This document shows positions 51,601-64,000 of a stretch of DNA of 64,000 nt, one piece after another. The stretch lies in assembly GCA_013239625.1 (NCBI GenBank), contig MU053482.1, forward strand, positions 4,177,922-4,241,921, given 5' to 3'. The number at the start of each line of letters is the position of its first letter. Position 1 is the stretch's first letter. The position numbers and the translations under genes are program-made. Below the pieces are notes generated by a model. It was not told the origin of the DNA. It was given only the letters and a program-made list of their open reading frames with translations, and searched no databases. The stretch comes from Lama guanicoe. Its lineage: Eukaryota.

Positions 51601-54569
51601 GGGGAGCCCAGAGAGGTCATCAGAGGAGGGCGAGGCAGCAGGAGCACCAGGGAACAGGCAGCCCTTCCCCGTCAGCATCCTCAGAGCCCCGGGCCCACAT
51701 GCTACTTAGCATCCACTTCATGTGCAAGCACAGCAAAATGGCTGAGAGCTTGTCACCGAATCTAATAGACTGGGTTAGACTCCAGGCCCCACCACTCAGA
51801 ACCTGTGTGACCTCAAGCAAGTGCCTGAATCTCAGCACCTCGGCTTACACGGCTGAGGACGCGGGAAGAGTAGTACCTGAAACATTTCACATAAAGTGCT
51901 TACCAAGCCTGGGACCTGCTAAGCACCCAATCAAAGCTGGCTAGCAGGAGCATCACCAAGGTCATTGCTGCTATGCGGAGCAGCGGCAGCACAGGATACA
52001 GGAAAAACCAAAGGCTGAGAAGCCAAGTTCCCAAGCACAGGTCTCTGCCCTGTACCAGCTGCTCAACCACCTTGCACCCCGGAACTTTCAAGCCTCATCT
52101 GGGACCAAACGACAACTACGACCACAACAAACAGAAATATTATCTTTCTGATCTGCTGTGGTCTCTCGAGTTGGCCACCTGACAGGAACACCTGGATGGG
52201 GATGATTTTGAAACTGTGCTCAAGGTGTTTCCCCACCCTGGGAGGGCTCAGAGCCAGCACTCATTCCACACTTGGCCACAGCTGCCACTCTTGCTATGTC
52301 CCTGAGGCTACAGACCCTGGGCTGCCAGGCTCAGGGCCAAGTCCTCAGTGCCTGGTCCCCAGAGCTGAGACCCTGGGCACTCAGGTATGTCCACGCTCTG
52401 TGTGTCTGCGCACGCTCCTGTCGCCAGCACAGAGGTAACCGTCCTCTGTCGTGCTCCCTGTTTCTGTCAGGGCCTGTGGATGGGAACTGCCACCTTCTCA
52501 GAAAATGGGAAGAAGCCTCCTGCCCTTCTCTCTACATCTCACTTTTCGCCTGGCATTTGGCTGTGAGGAAGGCACTACCCTCCATGCAGCTGGCTGGGTG
52601 AGGACCACCCTGTGGACCCTATGACTCCTCGGGCATCGCCTTGAGGACAGTGATAGGATTATTATTCACCGGCAAAATTTTGGTCTTTTGATCTCTACAT
52701 GACTCCTTTCTACTCCAGGGCCAGCTGAGGTATTGGCAGAGACCAGACATTGACTGAAAGCCAGCTTACAACCCTACTAGCTGGGTCCCTTGGCAGATTC
52801 TCAGACCCCTTCCTTCCTCCAGAGAGTGTCTTCCCACCATTGTGAGCCCTGGGCCTCGCCTGTAGCAGCATCTCCCAAGGCTGGTCCCCAGACCAGAAGA
52901 CCAGGAAGGGCTTCCAGGACCTGCGGCTGCCATGGTGTGTCCGTGGCACATCCTCGGTCCCCAACCACTGGTGGCCCCAGGATGCATCCCCGGGATTGCC
53001 TTCCCTCTCCATGTCCGCATTCTAAAAACCTCTGCCTGGGAATCAAATGTCCCTCCACGTGACTTCCTGACTCCTCCCCATCCACACACAAAATCCCCTG
53101 CACATCTGTTATGACTCTCATCTGTGTCTTCATTCCCTACCTTTCCTCTGGCTCATTCTCCTGACATCATCCACGTGCCTCAGTTCCCCCCACCCCACCC
53201 CCACCATCTAATAAAACCTTTCCTCGAGCCTCCTCATCCTGTCCTCTCATTTCTCCCCTTTTCTTCAACTCCAGTCTTCTTGTAAGAGAGGTCTACATGG
53301 ACTGCCTCCTTCCCCATCCATCTTTACAGTTGGTTATCGACCCCACTCATGGTTGCAGTGGTTCCCCGAGGGCAGGACGTGTCCTCAAAACATATCTGCA
53401 CCCCAGACATGGCACAGGGTTTAGTACATGGTAGAAGCACAACAGATTGATAAATGAATGAATGAGCAAATGAATGCCACTCACATGAGCCACACCCTAC
53501 TGTGGCCCTCATTTTCTCAACTATAAAGCAGCGAGGCAGGTAGGACTGGTCCAGCTCTGACATGGTATTGTTCTGGGGCCTCCCTCTCCACACCGTCATG
53601 ATGGGCAGGTATTGTCTGCTGTTTATAAAGGTGCCAGTGACCACGGTAGCAACATCAATCGCAGGCATTTCCCTGCTCTGAGTCCCCGGTTCCCTTTCAG
53701 TACATCCCCTTTCCTTCCACTTTGTCGAGCACAACGGCTCTGCCACGAGATGTGGAGCTTACCTGAGATGGTATCTGTAACGTCCACAGCACAGGGCTTG
53801 GCACGTGAAAGGAGAATCCTTGTGGAACCATACTAAGAAAGGAAACTGAGGCTCAGAGAAGTTCAGTAACCTGCTTGGGGATGCCCAGTAAGAAAATAAG
53901 GTAGGCAGCTTCCAGTCACACTGGTCTCATTTTAGTTCTTTGGACCCTCACCCTCACCCTACCCCACCCCACCAAATAGGGCACTCTCAACCCATCTCTG
54001 AGACACGCAGGCCCAGGAAAATCCCAGGAACCATACAGAACATTATTGAATAAAATTAAATAGAACTCAATAGGGCTACTGTCACTTATTTGACTATCTC
54101 AGTGCAAAATACTCTGAAGCAAGAGCTTGCATGAGTGAAAATGTATTTATTGAGCAATCAAACGAAAGTGCTCTGGGCCCAGGCTATACCCTCATATTTC
54201 ACTCACTTTATAAATACAAACCCAGTCTTATTCAGAGGTTTGAAATGAAAGATTTGCTTTTCAGTGGAGAATCTGCATTTCGACATAAAGGTGTCTTAGT
54301 TACTCACCAGAGATGCAAGACCTGATTAATGCTGTATATTCAGCATTTAGAAAGCCCGAGGATTCCAGAAGGCTCAGGCCTGAAGGCAGCAGGGCACACA
54401 GACGGTGCCTAGTGAGATACATGAGTGTCACTTGTAGCGTCCCAGGTACACCGCTAAAGGAAGTCTCCAGGGACAGCGGCATCCAGGTTATCCTCTTTCA
54501 AAGCCAAAGTGTGCACGTGTGTAGGGGGGGAGAGAGCAGCAAGTTCACTCCCAGGCCATTAACTTTGTT

Positions 54570-55190
54570 ATGCTAATTGAGCACCTAATACCTGTCAAGT
54601 GCCAGGTGCTATGACTATGACACTGAACTTGCCAGGCAAGTCTGCCTCACAGAGCCTACATTCTACTGATGGAGACAGACATTCAGTAAAATAAATGAAA
54701 AAAAGCAGGTCACTGCAAATTGTTGCCAGTTGTTTTGAAGGCCACAGACTTAGTGACGTAATAAAGAGAACGCTGGAGGGGAGGCACTGCTTTACAGAGA
54801 GCGATCAGAACAGGACACATGGAAGATACATTTGCACTGGTATCTGAAGGATGAGAAAGATGAGACACAGGCAAAGGGGACGGCAAGCGTGAGAGTCTTG
54901 TGGCCAGAAAGAACTCAGGGGGTAAAATGAAACCAGCAGGACCAGAAGCTGGGGAAAGGCCACACAGGACTCTGTAAGCCGTGGTAAGGAGAGTGGGTCT
55001 CGTTCTAACAGCAAGGGGAAAACTTTGAGGAGATTAATCAAAGGAGAAACATGGGCTGAAGAACATACTAAAAAGTTCATTCTGATCAAAGAATGGATGG
55101 GAGGAAGCCACTTAGGAGCTACTGAGCAGACCAGGCAAGAAGTGCCTTGGATGAGGCTATTAGCTGGAGATGCAGAGAGGAAACCAGATT
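54570..55190 (-). mobile_element. L2 LINE fragment
   Basis: attgagcacctaat..tgccaggtgct..gagcctacattctactgatggagacagaca...ctctgtaagccgtggtaaggaga...gatgaggctattagc. Confidence 0.7.
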
Positions 55191-55234
55191 TATTACTTTT
55201 TGGAAGTAGAAACACTAGGCTTTGAAGTTAAATA

Positions 55235-55310
55235 TGCTGTATACCAGAAGCTGACACACTATAACTGACTATACTCCAATAAAAATTTTTTTTCTTAAAA
55301 ATGAGAAAAA
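55235..55310 (+). mobile_element. Very short (76 nt) L1 3'-terminal insertion
   Basis: tgctgtataccagaagctgacacactataactgactatactccaataaaa matches the 3' end of the neighbouring L1 (tgctgtacaccagaaattgacacaacactgtaaactgattata). Perfect 10-bp TSD aagttaaata at 55225-55234 and 55311-55320. Confidence 0.8.
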
Positions 55311-55360
55311 AAGTTAAATAAAGGTGGATTCACTCACTCATTTATTCAACAAACACTGAA

Positions 55361-55928
55361 TGTCCATTGATAGATGACTGGAAAAAGAAGCTGTGGTATA
55401 TTTATACAATAGAATACTATTCAGACATAAAAAACTAATAAAATAATGCCATTTGCAGCAATATGAATAGACCTGGAGATCGTCATTCTAAGTGAAGTAA
55501 GCCAGAAAGAGAAAGAAAAATACCATATGAGATCACTCATATGTGGAATCTAAAAAAAAAAAAAAAGATACAAATGAACTTATTTACAAAACAGAAACAG
55601 ACTCACAAACATAGAAAACAAACTTATGGTTACTGGGGGGAAGGGGGTGGGAAGGGTTAAATTGAGAGTTTGAGATTTGCAGATACTAACTAATATATAT
55701 AAAATAGATAAACAACTAGTTTCTCCTGTATAGCACAGGGAACTATACTCAATATCTTGTAGTAACTTATGGTGAAAAAGAATATAAAAAGAATACATGT
55801 ATGTCCGTGTATGACTGAAGCATTATGCTGTACACCAGAAATTGACACAACACTGTAAACTGATTATATTATATATATATATATATATACACACATATAT
55901 ATAATATATATAAATTAGAAAAAATCCC
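55361..55928 (+). mobile_element. 5'-truncated L1 (ORF2 end and 3' UTR) with a (TA)n-converted tail
   Basis: Shares gtcattctaagtgaagtaagccagaaagagaaagaaaaataccatatgagatc with the L1 at 26291. TSD caaacactgaa/caaacattgaa at 55350-55360 and 55929-55939. Confidence 0.9.
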
Positions 55929-56044
55929 CAAACATTGAAGATCAAGAAATGGGAGGCTCTCAACCATGCAAAGAATAGTTGGAGCAGAGGCAAGACTTTA
56001 GAGGCCTTAAAATTCACCTAGATTATAGATAGATAGATAGATAG
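55865..56044. repeat. (TA)n tract (about 55865-55912) and (GATA)n tract (about 56025-56044)
   Basis: atatatatatatatatatacacacatatatat and atagatagatagatagatag, read directly from the sequence. Confidence 0.9.
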
Positions 56045-59000
56045 GTAGTAGATGTAGTGATGTGTGATGCACCTTTTAGGAAAAAGTATTACATTCATTC
56101 AACAAACAGAGATGGACTACTAAATACCATGAAAATTTCAACATGTAAATTTCAACTTTCTCCCACTTTAACTTTATCACAACAAAGAGAATAATCAAAC
56201 AAAATCTCCTTATTCTTTTTCTCATAAGTCTACTTTGTGTCATTTTTCTGGGTGCTTTCTACCTGCACAATACATCTTGTTATCATAATACAGTCACTGC
56301 ATCTGAAATAGCTAATAATTATCATATTTCTAGAGCCTGTTAACATTGACTTGCTACAGCGATATCCTTCTAAATATCCATGTGAGTCATTTATTTCATT
56401 TTTTTTGGTGAAAATTGCAGGTAGGTGCTCAGTGGAAAAACAATCATTAACCTCATTAAAACAGCAGGGTGAAAGCTGAGAGCATGGCTCCTGACATCCT
56501 AAGAGTTGCGGCTCCCAAGACTCAAATTTGAGTTTTGTTCCTTTTAGTGATAATGAATGTTAAAATCCAAAAGCATACTTTAAAACAGCCTTCAAAACTT
56601 GGCCAGAAGCTGTGGGATCCTGTTGCTTACGCTTGTCATGGGACTTAGCAATACTGCTAATCAGCCCTGAAAGGAGCCACGTGGACAGCTGTGGTACCTG
56701 CCCAACTTCTATTTCTTGTATTTTCAGAAGATGCTTAGCAGAGTGACATTAGAACACACCAGAAAAGAGCCAGTTCGAACCTCGCAGCCCCAGCAGCCCT
56801 CCAACAGGGAGCCTCAAGTAAAACAAGTCCCCCATGGCCTCTGGATGATCACCGCCATGGTCCCCATTCATCTGCCACACACGCATCTTGACTCCATCAA
56901 AATCCAAACCACACAGACCCTGGATCTACTGTCTATGCAAGAGGAAACAACGGGTGCCAAATCTAGGAACAGAGTTGGGGAGCCATGGTTTTCATGACCC
57001 ATCTCATTCTCTAAACTCAAGACTCCCCTTCCTGAATAAGGAGATGGCTCATGATAATGGAAATAGTGATAAGGAGAACCCAGAAGTACCTTCTCTGTTC
57101 AGCCTTCCCTTCTTGTCCCCTAGAGGCTGTGATCTCTCAACATATTAGTTCAAGAATTATATTTCCCCTTCCCATCTGCCAGCCAGGTCCATGGAAATCA
57201 GAAATCAGTCAGCTCAGTCCTCGCCCAAACCAGCTGATAACTCTAGCTCAGTGTCAAGGTTCTCATGAACAGCAATGGAACTAGGGATCATCTTGACATC
57301 AACAACAGCATAGAGAAGGAACCCTTTAGAGTTGGATCCCTCTGGGATCCCAGGCTCTTCCCCTTGCAATAGCTGACTTGCTGCGGCCTGGAACTATTCA
57401 GACCAGGGATATACATTTCTCTTCTCCTTCTGTGTTTTCTCCTGCGGTTATTCAGGAATACACAGAACAAGCAAATGTGATTCCTCTTGGGTGGACAGAG
57501 TTAACTGGACACATTCAGAAGGGAGAAATTTCTCCTGTAGCTTGTAAAATTAACAGCAATAAATAAACAAATAAAATGTGCTTCCTACAACTCTGGAGGT
57601 GCGGTGGTAACCTCCTTTCTTGGCTCATAAAGCATCGCCTAGCCTTCTTACTCTGCTATTGGCAGCTCCAGTGACAAGGCTGAGCTATCAGCTAACTAAT
57701 TAGAATGTCCCTTTTTCAGTAAACTCTTTCTAAAGGAAACAAATATCCAGCCCCGAATGTCTCTTTTAGGAGCCATTGCTCAGAGGCACTTCGATATTTG
57801 AGATGGCTATTTCATAGCAACTTTCAGATGTATGACAAGAGTGCAAGGGGGAGGCAGACTCTTGAAGATGCCTGTGTAACAGGAATATTAAGCTGGGAAT
57901 TTTTACTAAGGCATCAAGATGCAATGCATACTAAATGCCTAAGTTGAGTTCCTAGACAAGCCAGAATGAAAATTCAAAGCAGGTGATTGGAAATTGATTG
58001 GCAATTCACCTCAGTTGAGGGGATAAAGAACCGGGTTATTAAAGATTAAAGAGAGGATCTGTGAAGAAAATTTCTGAGTTGGGTTCTCCCTTGAGGGGAA
58101 AGGCTGGATGACCTATCTCCATCCCAAGCTGAATGGGCAAGGTGTCAATAGAACCATCTACAGAATTGATATGTGTTTCCCAAAGTTGGGAGACACAGGA
58201 GTCTCATGACTGATGTCTCATGCTTGAGAAAGCTAAAGCAACCACTAAAACCCCCTCCAATGGCAGGACAATGGTGCACAAACATGGAACCCAAGATGGG
58301 AATGTCAGCCTACTGTCATTTTAATAGGTCTCCTATCCAACAAGGCAGCTTGCCATGGTAAGGGATTCTTCAATAAGTTTCTGGGCATCAGAAACTGTGG
58401 GAAGACTGAGAGTAGCCAGTTAAAGCTGAGGCACTGCCTCCTCAGAAGGGAGAGGGTCAAGCTACCTGGCCCAGCAGGGGAATCTCAAGAGAAATCATGA
58501 AAATTATAGTAACAGAGTCAACTTCCATGTGTGCCAGGCCCAGAAGGCACAAAGCCACCTTAGAACAGCATCAGTCAAAAAGAGCGATCCTGCCCCCCAC
58601 ACCTTTCCTCTCTCCTCCTTTCCAGACTGGAAATAGGGAAGGAGAAGTGAGGAAAGAGAGAAGCAGGACCACACTGCCCCTCTTTGAACAGCAGAGCCCT
58701 TGGAGAAGAATTAACATCAAATCAAGTTTGAAGTTTTGCTGATTATACAGCACTGGGCCTTCTTAATGACAGAATCAAGATTGCATGTTTGTTTAAATTA
58801 ATCATATGACTTATTCTGGCTCATTAATTAAAAGAAAGTCCAGGTCCTGTCCGAATTTTCACCCCTTCATGGTAGAAAATGTACTCCCATTGCGAGTGTT
58901 TGAAAGGACAGTGATATCAGAAATAAAGACGCTTCTGTAATTACACCCCAGGGGTCCTGTTTATTCAAATTACCAGATTCACCACGTTAGAGCAGAAAGG

Positions 59001-59834
59001 GAAGGTTTCATTTCATCGTCCATGGTTGATGGCTAACTTCTCTTGAAAGCCCTACAATTAGGAGCTGATCCCTCTGGGACATCCTGCTCTAAGATGAAAG
59101 CTTCAATCCCATTGGGTCTTGATATTTTCCTCATTGTGGAGGAGGTGGCTTTATGCTCTCAGCAAAGCAAATCTATATTTGGGGTTGTTTGGTTCAATTT
59201 GCAAAGATAATTTGGGGATATACAGATGATCCTAAAAGCTTCCAAAGAGGGGGAAAAAACGATATACATAAAGGAGCCAAAAATTTGGGTGGTACCAGAC
59301 CTCAAAAGCAACACTGGCAGTTAGAAGTCCATGAATCAGCACCTTCAAAATTCCAAGGAAAATTTGTTTTCAACCTAGAGGTCTAAAGCCAGCTAACCTG
59401 TCAATCAAATGTGAATGTAGGATAAAGACATTTTCAGACATGCAAGAGCAAAATATTTATTTCCCACCACCTAGACAAGCTGCTTCCCCAAAGGGAGTAC
59501 ACCAAGAAAGAGGAAGCTGGGGGATTCACCCCGGGGATGCTGCCCTGGAGCAAGGACGAGGGACCCCCCCCACCACACACACCCTGAGATGAACGAGCCC
59601 GGAAGCCTCAGATGGCAGCATGGAGGCAGGCCTGGAGCCAACAGCCCCAACTGAACCGGAAGGATCGAGGACTCCAGGCAACAGAATGAAACTGATGGAT
59701 TATGTGAGATAGTCAAACATTTGGAAAGTAATGTCAAAGGGGTAAAACAGCTATGACAGAGTGCATAGAGAAAAATCAATGCTAAATACTAATGCAATTT
59801 TTTTTTATAAAAAGAGCAAATATTAGTATTAGCG

Positions 59835-60480
59835 TGTCTGATATTTCTCTGATCTGTTCTCTACCATGGGTACTGGCGGGGGTGGGTGGGGGGAGTTGAC
59901 TCCTGCTCGCTGCACTTCTCATTTGGCTTGTTTTTTTAAAATTCTGTTTGTTTTTTGGGGGGAAGAGAGGTAATTAGTTTAGTTTATTTATTTAATTATT
60001 TTTAATGGAGGTACTGAAGACTGAACCCAAGACCTCGTGCATGCTAAGCATGCCCGCTGCCACTGAGCTATGCCCTCCCCTCAACTGGCTTCTATCTGCA
60101 TTTTGTCAATGGGGGGCGCTGAAGGGAGATGCAGGGGAGGAAGAAGGGAGAAGCCAGGGTACTTCTCCTCATTCTCTGCTTCATGGGGCATCTCCCACAG
60201 AGGTGGCACCTACTCCATGGCTTTGACTCCTCTCAGACAAGTCCCCCTTGGTTCAGCCAGGTGGCTGTACATCCTGGGCTCTGGAAAGACCGCCCACACC
60301 CTTGGCTCTCCAGACTTAGACATGGTAGCAACCTCCTGCTGTTGCTAATCTCTGGTTGCTGCTACTTTCCCTGTTTGGTGTCCCAGCTCTTCCATTACCT
60401 GTACAACCAAGTCCTTAAATCAATCCCTTCCTGTTAAAATGCTTAGTGGTTTTTGTTTTCTTCACCGGACACTGATTCAA
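59835..60480 (+). mobile_element. ERVL solo LTR, LTR33-like
   Basis: ggaagaagggagaagccagggtacttctcc, and a 3' end aaatcaatcccttcctgttaaaatgcttagtggtttttgttttc..ccggacactgattca. Confidence 0.7.
59930..60079 (-). mobile_element. tRNA-derived camelid-type SINE (vic-1-like), inside the LTR
   Basis: The minus strand reads gggagggcatagctcagtggcagcgggcatgcttagcatgcacgaggtcttgggttcagtc; same body as the 48434 copy. Degenerate TSD ctcatttggctt/ctcaactggctt. Confidence 0.88.
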
Positions 60481-63400
60481 CCAGGAAAAACAAAAGTTTA
60501 CATCATGGAAGTCGTACTCGACAGTGGGCAGCACTTTCGCAGTATGTTATGTAAACACTGTCTATTGTTTTTATACAAAGTGTGAGGAGTGGGAAGAGGA
60601 GGTATGTGTTTTGGGGAGGTGAAAAGTATAAAAAAAAAAGTCTCATCTACTATATCAGAAAATCAATATGTAATGCCTAAGACTGGTGAGTCAGGAAATC
60701 ATGGTACAAGTGTATCATTTAGAAATATGGTGGCAAATATGAGAAGAAACAGTTAAAAGGCTGAAACAGAGCTCCTTTGAGGGTCAAGGCTCAGAAGATG
60801 AATCTGGTGAAGCAGAGAACTACTTTATTTTATTATAGGTACTATTTGAGGTTTTTAAGTATGTAAAGAATTACTTTGATAAAATTCAAAAATAATTTTT
60901 AAAAAATGACTCATCCTAGTGGTTTGCTGAGGGATGACATTATACTCACTAACCCATAGTTTGCAAAGCTGACTTTCTGCCCCCAGGTGAAAAAGTCAGG
61001 GCATTTATTTATTTTGATCTCTGGCCCCAGTCCCACTCCCCACAACACCCTAAAGCCCCCCTGGCTGCAGGATCAATCTTTTCTTCTGCAAATTTACCTT
61101 CTGCGAAGCCTCACCTGACGAAACTCAGGTCAGAAAGGTGAACTCATTAAAAACAGCTGTGTTTCACATCACTGTTTCTAAACTCTGGATGCACTGCGGA
61201 TAGGTAAGTTACGTGGCTTCTCACCTCCCCGATCCAGGAGTGGGTGGAGGGCAGAGGGTGAGGACAGGGGAGCAAAGCTGCAAACCCCACTACCACCCCC
61301 ACCAGGAGACCAGAGAAGAGAGACGAGATACGGCAAAAGTGACCTCTTGAGTCTTCCAATCCAGGTGGGGAAACACTGCTCTTGGTCACCTTCCCTATCT
61401 TGGGCGCCGCAACTTCCTTTTATTCAATGACCTCATCTGAAATGTAATCTCCCAGAACAAGTCAGGAGTGGTGGCCCCAAGATAAGTCAAGAGGTGAGGT
61501 CTCTTTCCATCACATGCCGTGACTCTCCCGGAGTCACTGTTCTTTGTTCATTTTGCTCATTTCCTTCGAGGTTTTAGTTTACCCCTCTGATGACGGTCCA
61601 GGATATTCTCTGTTCATTCTTAGGTATTTGTCCATCTTTCATTGGCCTGATGGTCTCAATTAGTCCCAGTTACTACAGAAAATGCTGGTTAATCCTGGTT
61701 AAGTGAAAAAGTACTGTGACTCAGGACTTCTCAGGCCCTTGATGTACACAGGGGAACCTCTAAGAGTGAAGAGTGATTGCAGCACTGGGCAAACTCCATG
61801 ACTGGGGAGCCCTCCTTTGAGGAGTGCAACCCAGAACCAATGTTCCACGGAACTCGCTTTGGGAAACGCTTTCATCAATAATCTCCAGGTTCCTTATCAC
61901 TGATCCTCCAACCTAATGGAATTTGCTCAAAGTGTTTCCAGAAGGCTGCTCCAATGGGATCACAGAATCAGGCTCTCTATGGGTCTGAGCAGCTGCACAC
62001 GGGAGCCGGGACGGTGAGCACAGGACTGAGAGGGCGGTTGAGCCACCCAGAGCACTCTCCCCTAACCCAGCAAGAGGAGTCTTGGCCCAGCTGGCATGAG
62101 AGAAGACAGTCCGTGCCCCGCCCACCCCAGCTACAGCGCAGCACCCACAGTCCCCTGCACACCACAGGCTCCCACACCCCCGTGCTTCCCCCCGTGCTGC
62201 CGCGCCTTCCGAAACACGCGTCCCTCCTTCTCTGCCGTCTTAGTGCAGGTTTACCTAAAAGCCAGCTCTAGTACAAGCATCTGAGTTCCAGTAGGAGGTG
62301 AAGAAAATCCCGAAGGGAGGAAAGCGAGACAAGCGGGGAAGGCAGCTAACAAAGGCGGCTTTATCCCACTTGCACTGGGGGAGACTGGGCAGAATCCTGC
62401 TGGGGAAGCTCAGTGTAGAACCCTGCACCTCAGAGCTGTCTGCCCCACGTTTATACTGTTCATACTCCATCTCCTTCGGTCACTGGTTGATGGCTGCTGT
62501 GGGGGCAGCAGCATTAGTCCTCTAGTCCTCTGGCCTGCCCCCCACAGCAGGGTGGGTGCCGTGGGAAGAGAAAACACCCAAGCAAAGAAATGTAGGTGCT
62601 GGTGGTTGGAAGTTGGGCCAGTGCGCACTGAAGCATGGTGCCAGCGAGGGGCTGTGGGCGAGGCCAGGACCGCCTACTGCACCTGCCAGGACACGTTCAG
62701 CCCCCACCCCCTACACACTAGCAGGCCCTTCAAGGCATGGGCCTTGTTTTTCTTATCAAAGCTGTACCCCCAGTGCCTACCTCAGTGTCAAGCCCAGTAT
62801 TTGTTGAATGAAGATACTCCGTTCTACAGAATCAGTCACTCCCACCTAGTTCCCTATAGTCCCCATGCTCCCCTCTAACCGCACTGAATTATAACTGTCC
62901 ATGTCCTTGTCTGTCTTCCCTACTGAGCTGTGACTTCTTGAGAAGAAGGACCCTTGTTTCCCCAGGACCCAGGCCCATGGCGCCTGCTAAACATGCGGTT
63001 TTGGAACCAGACTGAACAGAACCAACGTCCCGCTGGGGCCTTTGGTGTGGAGAACCCAGGGTGGGACAGACCAGTGGCCACGGAGGGCAGGGACACTCGG
63101 CACTAGCCTGGCGGCTGAGGCCCCACAGGGGCCAGCCTGTGCCTGCGGGCCAGGTGGGGCCCCTGGCTCCCTCCCCAGCTATGCCGGTGCCCCTGCGATC
63201 GGCACCCCGGCCCGCCCTGGAGCTGTGCCTCCACACGATACCCCATCTCAGCGCACAGTCCCCTGGAGCCAGCGGGCGAGGACACGAGAGGACACAAGGC
63301 AGAAGGCCTGGCTTGGACTGCTCTGCGATGGGGGGGACACGGAGGAGGAGAAGGAGAGATGGCATCTCTGGACTCACTGAAGAGGGGGCCATCCTCCCCG

Positions 63401-63555
63401 AGTGGCAAGGCCCCTGCTCTTTATGTTGACACAGAAGCCATGGGGACCATCACACCAGCTTGGACTCCCTGTCTTCCTCTCGGAGGTCCTTGCCTTGTCC
63501 GAGTGAGAAATCAGAAACAGGGGCAAGGTCATCATTAAGAAGAGGTTAAAAACAA

Positions 63556-63589
63556 ACTAGGTTCAATCCCCAGCACCTCCACTAAAAGG
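63556..63589 (+). mobile_element. 5'-truncated SINE remnant (B-box end only)
   Basis: ctaggttcaatccccagcacctccactaaaa matches the B-box and 3' part of the two full SINEs; flanked by aaaacaa repeats after a tt|aaaa site. Confidence 0.55.
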
Positions 63590-64000
63590 AAAACAACAGC
63601 TAGCGCCCCACACACTAAGGTGACGGGCCTGCGCGCTGGCCCGGCACTAGTGCCTCAGCCGCCTCACGGAGTCAGCTGAAATCAAACTCCTACTCACCAC
63701 TCACTCACAGTCCCAGGAAATGAGGAATAAATGCTTCCAAGTTCAGACACACGGGGCTTGTCCAGCCTGCCGCAGTTAGAGACCAGGCGCTCGAAGTGGC
63801 TTAAAAGATTGTCTGAAGCCCCAGAGCAGACAAGTGCTGGAGTCAGGATGGAGTTTGGATGACTATCTGAACCTGGCCATCTTCAAGGACATCTTGCCAA
63901 GCTCCTGCAACATGCAAGAGCCTTCTGCTGACCACTGGGAACCCAAACTCATTCTGAGCAATTCGCTTCACTTCCAAAATAGCCACATGAAATGTTAACA

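Larger units (their letters stand above)
59228..60905 (+). mobile_element. HAL1 (half-L1) element, interrupted by an LTR33-like LTR
   Basis: L1 ORF1-like segment caacctaga..ccagctaacctgtcaatcaaatgtga..ggataaagacattttcagacatgcaag, then agggagtacaccaagaaagaggaag, and a 3' end atttagaaatatgg..agaagaaacagttaaaag..actttgataaaatt. Confidence 0.75.

Noticed and set aside
1..64000. A previously undescribed multi-gene biological system
   Set aside because: The window is intronic sequence of one known gene plus standard mammalian repeats; no second coding gene or RNA gene could be supported.

Overview
Mammalian genomic DNA, most likely a camelid: it has vic-1-like tRNA-derived SINEs, and I saw no Alu, BovB/Bov-A or PRE-1. 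The whole window lies inside GALNT18 (polypeptide GalNAc-transferase 18) on the minus strand. Two internal coding exons are present. The first (33201-33393, 193 nt, probably exon 2) is absent from the supplied ORF track; the second (18979-19145, 167 nt) is probably exon 3. Both have canonical AG/GT ends and they splice in frame across a 14,055-nt intron. The rest is intron, densely filled with MIR, L2, L1/HAL1, MaLR/ERVL LTRs, hAT and Tigger DNA transposons and SINEs, several of them nested. Nearly all listed ORFs are chance or repeat-derived. I found no convincing novel multi-gene system. The most interesting items are small: a TSD-flanked, polyadenylated ~160-nt orphan retro-insertion in sense orientation about 2.4 kb downstream of exon 3; very short retrotransposition events; a perfect 34-nt palindrome inserted into an LTR; and candidate enhancer blocks and RFX X-boxes. 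Repeat family names come from remembered consensus sequences, not from a database search.
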